Positions 30,023 through 39,140 of a DNA stretch of 64,000 nt are shown one piece after another. The stretch's first letter is position 1, and the number at the start of each line of letters is the position of its first letter. The notes beneath the pieces were generated by a model. The model had not been told where the DNA came from, did not search any database, and saw only the letters and a program-made list of their open reading frames with translations. Source of the DNA: a virus; the IMG/VR virus record IMGVR_UViG_3300025120_010481, positions 1 to 64,000 of that record; one strand, given 5' to 3'. The position numbers and the translations under genes were made by a program.

Positions 30023-31115
30023 TTTTTCCCTTTAGTAAGTTTTCAATGTTTTCTTTCATTGCATTGCCCACAGATTGTAAGCTAAGTAGGGCGTGCCAGC
30101 TAGAATCCGCTTTTTCTATTGGGGTTTCGTACCGTTCTCTCATAGCTTTTCTCAGTTCTGTAACGTCGATTTCATTCCAAGTTTGATGTGCTGTCTGCAA
30201 AAACGGCATAGTGTCCAACGCACCAAAACAAGGCTCGACCCTTGACGGAACAAACTTCATTAGTTCGTTTTCGTGAGGTATTAACTCTGTTCCCTCTGCT
30301 GATATAACAGGGATATTTAAAGCCATAGCCTCCCAAGCTGGGATGCACCATCCTTCTGCTCTACTTGGAACTACCAAGCAATTACACTGAGATAAAACGC
30401 CATAGTAATCTTTTTCTTCCATCATGCCTGCTACGAAAATTTCTTCAATGTAGCGGTTTCTAATTTTTAAGCCCGCTTTGATTTGATTTGCGTACTGCTT
30501 CAAGGTATCTATATCTACGCCAGATGTTTTTATAAATAAGTTAACAGGCTCGCTTGGGTCAAACTCTGCATGAAAGGCTCTTAAAAGTGCTTTTAAATTT
30601 TTTCTTTCTACAAACTCACCTACGAACCCGAAGTTAAAACGATCAACCATTCTATCTATTTTTCCACCCATTCCAGATAGGTACAATATTTTGTCTGCGT
30701 CAAGAGGTATTGGGACAACCTTGATGGGTGTAGTTACGCCGCTGGCGATTGCATCTCTACGGTTTTTGTTCGTAGCAACCCAAAGCTCGTCCATCATATT
30801 TAGCTGTTTGATCCACTCGATTGGAACAGAGTTGGCCTCAAAATAAAACACTCCAATATTTTTATATCTACTATCATAGCTATAAAGATTCGGAAGCGTG
30901 TGTTGAATACAAACATCTGGAGAGCCGTCAAGTTTACCATTTTTGGCTTGTAGCAGAAGCAAAGCCTCGTTTTTAGTTTCGTAGCTACCGTTGAATGTTA
31001 TGCCTTTAGGGTAAACCTTAACTCCGTCTGCCATTGATAAGGATAGAATATTGGCCCTTGCTGCGTTTCCCCAGCCAGTGCCGTCATTGTAATTTCCTAT
31101 ATACAAAACTTTCAT
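30015..31115 (-). CDS. GT4 glycosyltransferase
   Basis: TGWGNAAR, ERKN, PSRAEGWCIPAWEAMA. Confidence 0.9.
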   Translation of the reverse strand: MKVLYIGNYNDGTGWGNAARANILSLSMADGVKVYPKGITFNGSYETKNEALLLLQAKNGKLDGSPDVCIQHTLPNLYSYDSRYKNIGVFYFEANSVPIEWIKQLNMMDELWVATNKNRRDAIASGVTTPIKVVPIPLDADKILYLSGMGGKIDRMVDRFNFGFVGEFVERKNLKALLRAFHAEFDPSEPVNLFIKTSGVDIDTLKQYANQIKAGLKIRNRYIEEIFVAGMMEEKDYYGVLSQCNCLVVPSRAEGWCIPAWEAMALNIPVISAEGTELIPHENELMKFVPSRVEPCFGALDTMPFLQTAHQTWNEIDVTELRKAMRERYETPIEKADSSWHALLSLQSVGNAMKENIENLLKGKNV

Positions 31116-32761
31116 TGTGAGAACTTCCTTTGGTTTGATTGGTGTCTGGCTGACTCCCAGCCATTTAACTGATTCCTAAAGTTAATCATTTCTTCTAGTG
31201 CTTGATCAATTGAAAACGGCTGCATACTTCCGTGACTTTTGTTGTGTGACTCATTAAAGTAAAAGTCTTTGCTGAGATTTTGGCATTTATATCCAAACGT
31301 GCAATCCTTTATAACTTTTCTCCAAAAGAAACTTCCTATCCATTCCGGCTTGTGAAGAACGTCAGTAAACAAAAAGTTAACCTTATCTAAAACAGATACT
31401 ATGTTTTCCGGTATCTGTCTAGCAGGCTGAAAGATTTTCGGTGGAGATAGCCAAGTGCTTTCTATTGGTGTTAGCTGTATTTTTTCAAAGTGAGACTTCC
31501 ACTTTTCTGCTGTTTCCTTCCAGCTATACACTTTCAAAGCGTTTCCTCTAATCTCAAGTCCACGCTTTGCATTACCCTGCTTGCCTAGTCTAATCAAGTT
31601 TGTCATAACTTCAATAAACTGTTCGTTGTCTGGTATCGCCCTATCACAACCAGTTTCACATTCCTTGTAAAACGATAAAGGCTGAATTGGAATTCCGTCA
31701 ATGTTTTTAATGACAGACTCCATTGCCGAATAGTTAATCGAAACAACAGGTAGTCCACAATACGCAGCTTCTAGTTGAGGCATACCAAAACCTTCGCTGT
31801 TTGCGTACTGAACGTAAACGTCAAATAGGTTATAGATTCCAGCCAACTGATTGGAGTCTATGCTATTTGAGATGCCAGCGAGTTGATTGGTAAAGTTTCC
31901 ACACTTTTTGCAGACTTGAACGCCATCGTTAAAAAAGTCAGTAGTAATTGCACCACAGGTTTTACATTTGTATGTAAACAGCACTCTACTTGACAGATTG
32001 TAATCATTTAACAAACTTGGGATATCCCATCCGATATCTGGGTAGTATGTATGGCAATACAGAAATACATCATCTCTGTGCGTTTTGTCTAGTATTTTTC
32101 TAAATGACGCAAATAAATCTGGGTATAGCTTTCTTTTCTGGTTCCTCATAACTGTGCCGATTATAAAAGAATCCCCAGACATACCAAGGGATTCTTTATG
32201 CTCGTGCTTATTTAGCGGCTTGAAAATTTCGGGGTCTGCCGATGGAGATGCTATATCAATAAACTTAATATCGTCACACTGGCTTTGCAGTACGTCTCTA
32301 CCAAATTCAGAATATGTAAAAACTGAATCAGCAGAAGCGTAAGTGTTTACCCATTGAGGGTCTTGAGGTTGAGCGTCAACCGTTGGCATGATAGACCAGT
32401 GGAAAAAGTCTCTAAATGGAGACCTTTGCTCAAATTCGAACATCCACCAATCTCGAATATCCATGACTACATCTGGCTGAAAATCTAGCAAAACAGCATT
32501 GAAAGTCTGATCGCCAAACTGAGATGCTGGATTCCCAGAGTAAGCAGCAAATTCAGCGTCCTCTTTTAACGGCTTGTTGGGATATACTTTCCACGGCACG
32601 TTCTTGATCGCTTGATTGTTTCTGTCTACGTAGCAGGATAATTCGGCCACTTCAAAGTGAGGGACTTTAGACAAGTAGCCAAGTACATTTTTTGTGTAAA
32701 CGGAATACCCTGTGCTTAACTCGCTAAACTCTGTAACGAATAATATCTTGGTTTTTCTCAT
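31112..32761 (-). CDS. GT4 glycosyltransferase with inserted Zn-ribbon
   Basis: STGYSVY, MRNQKRK, CKTC...CKKC, SEGFGMPQLEA; start at ATG 32761 (MRKTKIL). Confidence 0.9.
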   Translation of the reverse strand: MRKTKILFVTEFSELSTGYSVYTKNVLGYLSKVPHFEVAELSCYVDRNNQAIKNVPWKVYPNKPLKEDAEFAAYSGNPASQFGDQTFNAVLLDFQPDVVMDIRDWWMFEFEQRSPFRDFFHWSIMPTVDAQPQDPQWVNTYASADSVFTYSEFGRDVLQSQCDDIKFIDIASPSADPEIFKPLNKHEHKESLGMSGDSFIIGTVMRNQKRKLYPDLFASFRKILDKTHRDDVFLYCHTYYPDIGWDIPSLLNDYNLSSRVLFTYKCKTCGAITTDFFNDGVQVCKKCGNFTNQLAGISNSIDSNQLAGIYNLFDVYVQYANSEGFGMPQLEAAYCGLPVVSINYSAMESVIKNIDGIPIQPLSFYKECETGCDRAIPDNEQFIEVMTNLIRLGKQGNAKRGLEIRGNALKVYSWKETAEKWKSHFEKIQLTPIESTWLSPPKIFQPARQIPENIVSVLDKVNFLFTDVLHKPEWIGSFFWRKVIKDCTFGYKCQNLSKDFYFNESHNKSHGSMQPFSIDQALEEMINFRNQLNGWESARHQSNQRKFSQ

Positions 32762-32769
32762 GGCTGATC

Positions 32770-33087
32770 CTAGTGAATTATTTTGAAACTTGTAACTCGG
32801 AAGTATGTCACTGGCGACTCTTCTCCATTGCCATGTAATTGAACGTGGTCGTTGCGTGCAACAGACTCTACGGCCATCAAAGTTCCCGCTTTTGCATATT
32901 TTTGAATAGCAAGGGCAGCAGAATCCCAAGCCTCAAGCTCTACATAGGTTACATTTCTCTTTTTCTCTCCACCAGACGACCTTCTAAACTCTTCTATTTC
33001 TAGCTCGAAGTTTACGACTGGGACACCATTTTCTTCATGTAGGTCGATTTCGTTCGAAACCAAACCCAAAAAACTACAATTATTCAT
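32770..33087 (-). CDS. ssb: Single-stranded DNA-binding protein
   Basis: MNNCSFLG..., TYVELEAWDSAA..I..Y.KAG..MAVE OB-fold pattern; no acidic tail. Confidence 0.75.
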   Translation of the reverse strand: MNNCSFLGLVSNEIDLHEENGVPVVNFELEIEEFRRSSGGEKKRNVTYVELEAWDSAALAIQKYAKAGTLMAVESVARNDHVQLHGNGEESPVTYFRVTSFKIIH

Positions 33088-33096
33088 AAAAACCTT

Positions 33097-34725
33097 TCAA
33101 ATTTGTGAAACTTTATTCAATATAAGGGAGTTACCATCTCTACTGGACACTGTTCCGTTTATAAGAACCGTGTTTCCTTCAGTCAGCAAGTTTTTGTTCT
33201 TGCTATAATCCTCTGGGAAGGCAGTAACATCTAAAGACCCACTGCTGTCTTCAACTGACAAAAACGCCATAATGCTTCCGGCATTTTTACCCTTTTTTGT
33301 TTCATACTCTCTTACTGAGGCTATAGAAACAGCAATAGAAGTTTTACCAATTATAGTACTATTATGTACATCTTTGCACATATTTTTTGCTAAATTTGAT
33401 TTTATTGAACCATCTACCACACTGCAAGTTAAAGAGCATCCAATTATTCTATTTTCTAAGTTCGCTATAGTCCAAGCGTGATCCTCTGTCGAGTAAGGGG
33501 GGTTTTTCAAAGACTCGACTAAATCAAGTAATTCTGAAACCTTTTTGGGTTGAACGATTATCCTGCCCCCATCACATTCTTTTGCTATGTATTGATATTC
33601 TGACGAATCTTTGATAGAAACGTATTTATATTCTAGTGCTAATGAAATCCAAGCGTGTAAATCATCAAACGCCCCAGAGTAATGTTTGTACAAATTAGCA
33701 ATGTGCTTTTTGATTGATGCAGATAAAGAGTTCCACACCCCGTATTCATAAAGCATTTTATTTCTTTGCGTTTTATTGTTTTTGCCATTAAACGCACCAA
33801 TTGAAATCAGTGACTCAATAGTTCTTTTGCCTAGCTTTTCACCTTGTTTAACCCCGCCAAACGTAAATAAACAGTCAAGCCAAGTAAAAGAAGGAATATC
33901 TTTTGTTTTACCTAGCTTTTCTATGACCTGCACATCTACCGCAGAAACATTTTTAGCGTTAGAAATACCAAAATAAATAACACTCTTATCCTTATCCATA
34001 GTAAAGTCAGGGAACAACCTTGAAAGCGAAGGGGGATAAACTTCAATACTGTGATTCTTAGCATCCATAACAAATTCTTTTACGTCATCGCTATCTTTTG
34101 CGTGATTTAAATAAACCTCAAAAAATTTCAACGGCCTATGAGCCTTGCAGTAAGCACTTTGGTATGTATTAACAGCGTAAGCAATGCCATGAGATTTATT
34201 AAATGCGTATCTACTTGATTTTTCAATCCAAGAAAAAATTTCTTCAGCTATTTCTTCCGAGACAATGCCTTGCTCTCCAGCACCAGAGATAAACCTTTCT
34301 TTAACTTCAAGCATCAACTTGGCTTTCTTTTTACCAATCGCTTTTCTTAGGTTGTCAGCTTCTTTCAAGTCGAAGCCAGATAAAACCTTGGCTATCATCA
34401 TGGACTGTTCTTGGTAAACCAAAACACCATAAGTCTCTGAAAGGGTAGACTCCAAGGACGGATGATGGTACTTAGAGGGTTCCTTGCCTGACTTTCTGTC
34501 AACATAGGTTTGAGTCATAGACTTGCCATCCATGATAGCCTTCAAGCATCCCGGTCTAATCAAGGAAATCAAAGCCGATAACTCTGTAATACTTCTAGGT
34601 TTAACCTTTTTAGCCCAACTGGAACCAAGCTGACTTTCAAGTTGAAATACGCCCTTGGTTCTTCCTTCGCTGATTAAATCCCAAGTTAATTTGTCATCAA
34701 AATCATTAATATTAAAATCGTTCAC
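33097..34725 (-). CDS. dnaE: DNA polymerase III alpha subunit, C-terminal half (fingers/HhH/OB)
   Basis: TKGVFQLES, LIRPG, YGVLVYQEQ, ADNLRKAIGKKK, YAFNKSH, MAFLSVEDSSG; GTG start. Confidence 0.92.
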   Translation of the reverse strand: MNDFNINDFDDKLTWDLISEGRTKGVFQLESQLGSSWAKKVKPRSITELSALISLIRPGCLKAIMDGKSMTQTYVDRKSGKEPSKYHHPSLESTLSETYGVLVYQEQSMMIAKVLSGFDLKEADNLRKAIGKKKAKLMLEVKERFISGAGEQGIVSEEIAEEIFSWIEKSSRYAFNKSHGIAYAVNTYQSAYCKAHRPLKFFEVYLNHAKDSDDVKEFVMDAKNHSIEVYPPSLSRLFPDFTMDKDKSVIYFGISNAKNVSAVDVQVIEKLGKTKDIPSFTWLDCLFTFGGVKQGEKLGKRTIESLISIGAFNGKNNKTQRNKMLYEYGVWNSLSASIKKHIANLYKHYSGAFDDLHAWISLALEYKYVSIKDSSEYQYIAKECDGGRIIVQPKKVSELLDLVESLKNPPYSTEDHAWTIANLENRIIGCSLTCSVVDGSIKSNLAKNMCKDVHNSTIIGKTSIAVSIASVREYETKKGKNAGSIMAFLSVEDSSGSLDVTAFPEDYSKNKNLLTEGNTVLINGTVSSRDGNSLILNKVSQI

Positions 34726-34733
34726 GTTAACCT

Positions 34734-35435
34734 CTAAGTTATATCAAAATTTCCGTTAGCAAATGCGTTCTTGAATTGAACCTTATTGTTGTCAATAATA
34801 TTTCTTTGGAGCTTTAAAAATCTAATTAGAATATTCGCAGTATCTTTTACGTCTTGCAACGCATCATGTGCGTTTTCGTTAGGCATACCAAAGTACTCTC
34901 TTAGATAATCCATGTTATACTTATTTACTTCGGCGTGATTTTCAAACCAGCAGTAAATATGCTGCATCAAGTCGATTTTGTGAATTGGGTGGAATATTTT
35001 TTGCTCCCCATTTTTATCGCTTGTTGGGCCGTACTCTTGACAAAGCCTGTCTACGATCTTCATATCGAACCCATTAATATTGTAACCCGCAGCTATTGGT
35101 GCATACCAAGGAGTTTTCTTGAAGTTAAACTGATCGCAAAACTTAGCGAAGTTTTTCCACACAGTCTTTGGCATTGGCCCTTTAGCAAGACTAGCTCTAG
35201 TTCTTTTTGTTACTTCTAGAGCACCTTCCTCGATTGGGTCAAAACCAGCGGCAATAGCTTTATCATCATTAGTTATGCACCTCATGGTACTTTCGAAAAT
35301 GCCGTTAGGCTGAATCTTGAGCTTTCTTGCATGGATAGCTACGGCAGCAATTTGAGTGGGTTGACACTTTTCTGCGTTTCTTCCTGTGGTCTCAAAGTCA
35401 AAAACAATTATATCACGATAATTCATATTAGCCAC
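34734..35435 (-). CDS. DEDDh 3'-5' exonuclease (DnaQ/epsilon-like)
   Basis: FDFETTG (ExoI), YNINGFD (ExoII), HDALQD (ExoIII). Confidence 0.9.
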   Translation of the reverse strand: MANMNYRDIIVFDFETTGRNAEKCQPTQIAAVAIHARKLKIQPNGIFESTMRCITNDDKAIAAGFDPIEEGALEVTKRTRASLAKGPMPKTVWKNFAKFCDQFNFKKTPWYAPIAAGYNINGFDMKIVDRLCQEYGPTSDKNGEQKIFHPIHKIDLMQHIYCWFENHAEVNKYNMDYLREYFGMPNENAHDALQDVKDTANILIRFLKLQRNIIDNNKVQFKNAFANGNFDIT

Positions 35436-35658
35436 CCTTTTTTGAAATTTTTATAAATAAATCTGTAGCATCACCTAAGTCTTGGAACAATTCGTAAACC
35501 TTTTCTTTTTCACACCAAACTTGGTATTTACCCTTGGGAGTGTAATTCCCCATTATAACATCCTCCAAGTTGCATATAGATGCACCCTTTCTATTGACAA
35601 CGGAATACCCGTGATAAACAACAGACATAATGTCTTCTTTGCCGCTAATAACTTTCAT
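35428..35658 (-). CDS. Small hypothetical protein between the DnaE halves
   Basis: Fills the gap and overlaps both neighbours; alternative start at 35628. Confidence 0.6.
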   Translation of the reverse strand: MKVISGKEDIMSVVYHGYSVVNRKGASICNLEDVIMGNYTPKGKYQVWCEKEKVYELFQDLGDATDLFIKISKKGG

Positions 35659-37279
35659 CGCAAATCTCCATAATTTTAGTTAAAACATTTAAACCTAGAA
35701 TATCAAACTTAACATGCCCTTGGCTTTCTAAATCTTGCATTTCAAATGCCGCCACTGGATCACCAGATTTATTATCAATTACCGGACATATATCACTCAG
35801 TTTGTTTTTTGATATAACGACACCACAAGCGTGGGTGCTTTTACTCTTGATCGCCCCCTCTAGCTTAATCGCTAAATCAAACTCGTGAGACAAACCACCT
35901 TGAAGTTCGTCATCGCTGTTAATAAAACACCAAGACTTTAAATTGTCTGGGTTGTTTTTTAAAGCCCACATAATAACTGAGCTTTCTCCAGAAGCAGAAA
36001 TCTTGTCTGAAATTTCTTGAGTTTCTGGAATCTGATCTGTGATTTCATTCATCTCTGAGAAACCCACAGAGCCACACACACGCAGAGATTCTTTTAGTGC
36101 TGACTTTCCCTGAAGTCTACCAAAAGTAATCACCTGTGCCACTTTATCTTCCCCAAACAGGCTCTTGATGTAATCAATAACTTCATCCCTGTGAGAAGGA
36201 GGAACGTCCAAGTCAATATCTGGCAAGGAAATATTATCTTTGGTGTTTCTACCCTCGTTATAGAATCTTTCAAACAAAAGATCGTTCTTGATTGGGTCTA
36301 CATTAGTAATTCCTATAAGGTATGATACTAGCGAACCCGCAGCAGAACCCCTTCCGGGGCCAACAATCCAACCTCTTTCCCTAACGTATCTAACAATATC
36401 TTGAACGATTAAAAAATAACCTGACAGTTCAGCGTTAAATATAACACTCATTTCTGACTGTACTCTATCAAGATAAGCCCGCTTGATTTTTTCTGTGCTT
36501 AAAACATCAGGAGTCAACTTAGATGCCCAGCCTTCTCTGCATAATTGTTTAAGGTAATCATCCTGAGACATTCCGTCTGGACATTTAAATTCTGGAAGCA
36601 TGGGCTTTGCTGTGATTTCATAGTCTTCGCAGGATTCAACAATTTTAGATATTTTACTAAACTGATCTTCCTGTGTATTTGCCCCTAAGTAAAAATTACT
36701 AGAATCAAAAAACCTTTGATTGTTAGACTCTTCCCATCTTTCCTTGTTGATTGATCTCATCTTTTTAAAGTTAGTTTTCATCCCAGAAAGAATCATAACT
36801 CTGTGAGCTTCCGCATCAGTTTCGTCAACATAGTATGTTCCAGTCTCTACGATTTCATGAAAGTTGCTTTTAAACATCTTACTTAAAACGTTTGACAGAT
36901 TGTCCTTGGGTTTATCAGACTGACAGTCTCTAAAAACCACACACGCAATATTGTTTTTGGATGCCATAATCTTTAAGCTGTCTAGCTTTTTAAAATTTTC
37001 TGATTGAAAATCTGAAGTAAACTGAATCAACTCAAAATAACCCTGCTTGTTTTTAGCAAACAAAGAGAAGTCATTGAAATCGCAACCAATTATTGGCTTG
37101 ATTCCGTTGTCCTTGCAAGCCTTGTGAAAAGCTGGCACGCCCGACACGTTCTCGATATCGTTAATTGCACATGCTTGATAGCCATTTTCCTTGCATCTCT
37201 TTGCAATATTGTCGCATTGACAAAATCCTTTCTGGATGCTGTAGTCAGTTTTGACATTTAGTGGAGTATATTCGCTCAT
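35645..37279 (-). CDS. dnaE: DNA polymerase III alpha subunit, N-terminal half (degenerate PHP + palm)
   Basis: IKPIIG, GPGRGSAAGSLVSYLIGIT, LLFERF, PDIDLD, HACGVVI, KFDILGL. Confidence 0.92.
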   Translation of the reverse strand: MSEYTPLNVKTDYSIQKGFCQCDNIAKRCKENGYQACAINDIENVSGVPAFHKACKDNGIKPIIGCDFNDFSLFAKNKQGYFELIQFTSDFQSENFKKLDSLKIMASKNNIACVVFRDCQSDKPKDNLSNVLSKMFKSNFHEIVETGTYYVDETDAEAHRVMILSGMKTNFKKMRSINKERWEESNNQRFFDSSNFYLGANTQEDQFSKISKIVESCEDYEITAKPMLPEFKCPDGMSQDDYLKQLCREGWASKLTPDVLSTEKIKRAYLDRVQSEMSVIFNAELSGYFLIVQDIVRYVRERGWIVGPGRGSAAGSLVSYLIGITNVDPIKNDLLFERFYNEGRNTKDNISLPDIDLDVPPSHRDEVIDYIKSLFGEDKVAQVITFGRLQGKSALKESLRVCGSVGFSEMNEITDQIPETQEISDKISASGESSVIMWALKNNPDNLKSWCFINSDDELQGGLSHEFDLAIKLEGAIKSKSTHACGVVISKNKLSDICPVIDNKSGDPVAAFEMQDLESQGHVKFDILGLNVLTKIMEICDESY

Positions 37280-37293
37280 TTTCTACCTTAATA

Positions 37294-38334
37294 TTATCCG
37301 GGAGCCTCGTAAAAACCAATATTGAAATCAGGTGCAGTATATTTTTCTAAAACAACATCCATTCCATCTTCTTTAAGTGATTGCTCTACAGACTTGCACA
37401 TGCAAGAGCTTTCACCTTCAAACTTATTTTTATAAAAATGACACAAGTACTTACATTTTGGGTCTCTCCGAGTAGGGTCAACAGGCTTTGGAGAAAGGTT
37501 ATCTTTAATTTCCCCCACTCTGTTTTTGAGCATGTTTAAAAACCTTTCTTCGTCACTTTCATCAAAGCAAAAACTGTAAGGTACTGGGTCTGGGTTGCCT
37601 TCTGTGTCCTTGTAAAAGAAGATGCTCATAATTCTGTATTTAAAGTCTGGAAACATTTTAGACATCGCGTAAAAGTAAAGCAATAACTGTGGGTCATTCT
37701 GCATCTTTTCATACGTCTTTTCTTCTCCTGTCGCCCAGTCTAAACGACGACCACTTTTCCAGTCAACAACTTCGATTGTATCTTTGTTAACTAACGTTAC
37801 AAGGTCAATAGTGCCCTTAATCGCCAGTTGTCCCTTCTGTTGAGTGCCTTGTGCGTCAATAAAATCAAACTTAGCCCATTCTTCTTCGATTGGTATATCA
37901 AAGTGAGGCTCTGGGTAATAAATATTTCTCAATCTTGGGTCAAACTGACCATCATTCCAAGTTAAAAAAGTTTCTACGGTCTGCCTAATTTCTGCTCTTT
38001 CCTTGCGGTAAAATTTATGTCGCGAACCCTTTGCGTAATCACCTATAGCCTTTTCTGTCAACTTATCAACTAGCTCACCCGTATGGAGCTTGTCTTTATG
38101 TTCTCTTATTTTACCACACTTGTCGTCATTTACAACTAGATATTTCTTTCTTGGGTTATCTTGTTGGAATTTTTTTAGGCCAGCCAAAATTTCCATAACC
38201 TTATGAGCCATAGTTCCCATATCTGCTTTCTTGCCGCTATTGGATCGCCAACCTAAAACATAGGTTAGAAAATACTGCATTTGGCAAAAGTCGTAATTAT
38301 TATACGACGAACTTCTGATGTATGTTACTATCAT
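37294..38334 (-). CDS. PD-(D/E)XK nuclease, Cas4/AddB-like with probable Fe-S cysteines
   Basis: C near the N-terminus, GTMAH, KGTIDLV, VVDWKSG, QLLLY, C-terminal CKYLC..C. Confidence 0.85.
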   Translation of the reverse strand: MIVTYIRSSSYNNYDFCQMQYFLTYVLGWRSNSGKKADMGTMAHKVMEILAGLKKFQQDNPRKKYLVVNDDKCGKIREHKDKLHTGELVDKLTEKAIGDYAKGSRHKFYRKERAEIRQTVETFLTWNDGQFDPRLRNIYYPEPHFDIPIEEEWAKFDFIDAQGTQQKGQLAIKGTIDLVTLVNKDTIEVVDWKSGRRLDWATGEEKTYEKMQNDPQLLLYFYAMSKMFPDFKYRIMSIFFYKDTEGNPDPVPYSFCFDESDEERFLNMLKNRVGEIKDNLSPKPVDPTRRDPKCKYLCHFYKNKFEGESSCMCKSVEQSLKEDGMDVVLEKYTAPDFNIGFYEAPG

Positions 38335-39140
38335 TATTTGCTTTCTTGGTTTGCTGTTATGGATACATTTTCCTCAAGCCATCCCCATTTCTCAATGAAC
38401 TTCATAACTTCCATGCTCGTGTCTAGAATTGACAAGCCCGAATTATCAATAACTGCGTCAAATTTATCCAGATGATTACCCAACTCATTTTCCGAAGAAT
38501 GGCTGTCCTTAGAGCCTTCATTTCGATTTAAGTAAATAACTTTTCCCCCAACCTTTTGAATGGCTTCTAGTTCATTTAAAAATCGAACGTCGTCAATTGT
38601 TGCGATTAGAGATTCTTCAGACTCAATGCTGTCAATGCAGTATTTAGTCCAGATATCTTTGTACATGTTACGCATGATGTCTGTGCCCAAAAACTGTAAA
38701 AACTCGCGGGCGGTCATTAACCCCTTTTTCTTGCCGAATTTAGTTTTTGATTTTGGCATGTTCTCCCACCGCAAATGTTCTTGTTTTTGTTTTTTCTGTT
38801 CGCCAGTCCCGTACAAACACTCTTCGGGTACGTTAAAAAGATTAAGAACCAATTGCTTGAGAGGTTCAGCAAAAGAATAATTCTTGATAAAGGGCCACAT
38901 GCTATAAGCTGCCCATTCCGCAAATTCGTAGTCCTTTCGATTAACGTCGATCATGGCAAGTTTTTGCTCTATTTCTTTTTCACTTTTCATGTCCTCTGTT
39001 TGAACGAGCAGCTTTCCTTCTTTGCTCAACCCAAAATCGCTAATGATTCCTTGTGCTCTCATCTGGTATCCGTGTAGGAAGTTCGCACATGTGCTTTTAC
39101 CAGACTGCTTCTTACCCGCAAACGCTATAATGTTCGTCAT
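38334..39140 (-). CDS. Deoxynucleoside monophosphate kinase
   Basis: AGKKQSGKST, SFAEPLK, REFLQFLGTD, DDVRFLNE, HSSE. Confidence 0.88.
   Translation of the reverse strand: MTNIIAFAGKKQSGKSTCANFLHGYQMRAQGIISDFGLSKEGKLLVQTEDMKSEKEIEQKLAMIDVNRKDYEFAEWAAYSMWPFIKNYSFAEPLKQLVLNLFNVPEECLYGTGEQKKQKQEHLRWENMPKSKTKFGKKKGLMTAREFLQFLGTDIMRNMYKDIWTKYCIDSIESEESLIATIDDVRFLNELEAIQKVGGKVIYLNRNEGSKDSHSSENELGNHLDKFDAVIDNSGLSILDTSMEVMKFIEKWGWLEENVSITANQESK

Noticed and set aside
33097-37279. Split intein, intron or frameshift artefact in dnaE
   Set aside because: There are no intein terminal motifs, and the gap holds two intact, same-strand genes including a complete exonuclease.
37294-38334. CRISPR-Cas system suggested by the Cas4-like nuclease
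   Set aside because: No repeat-spacer array or other cas genes are seen; solo Cas4-like nucleases are common in phage replication modules.
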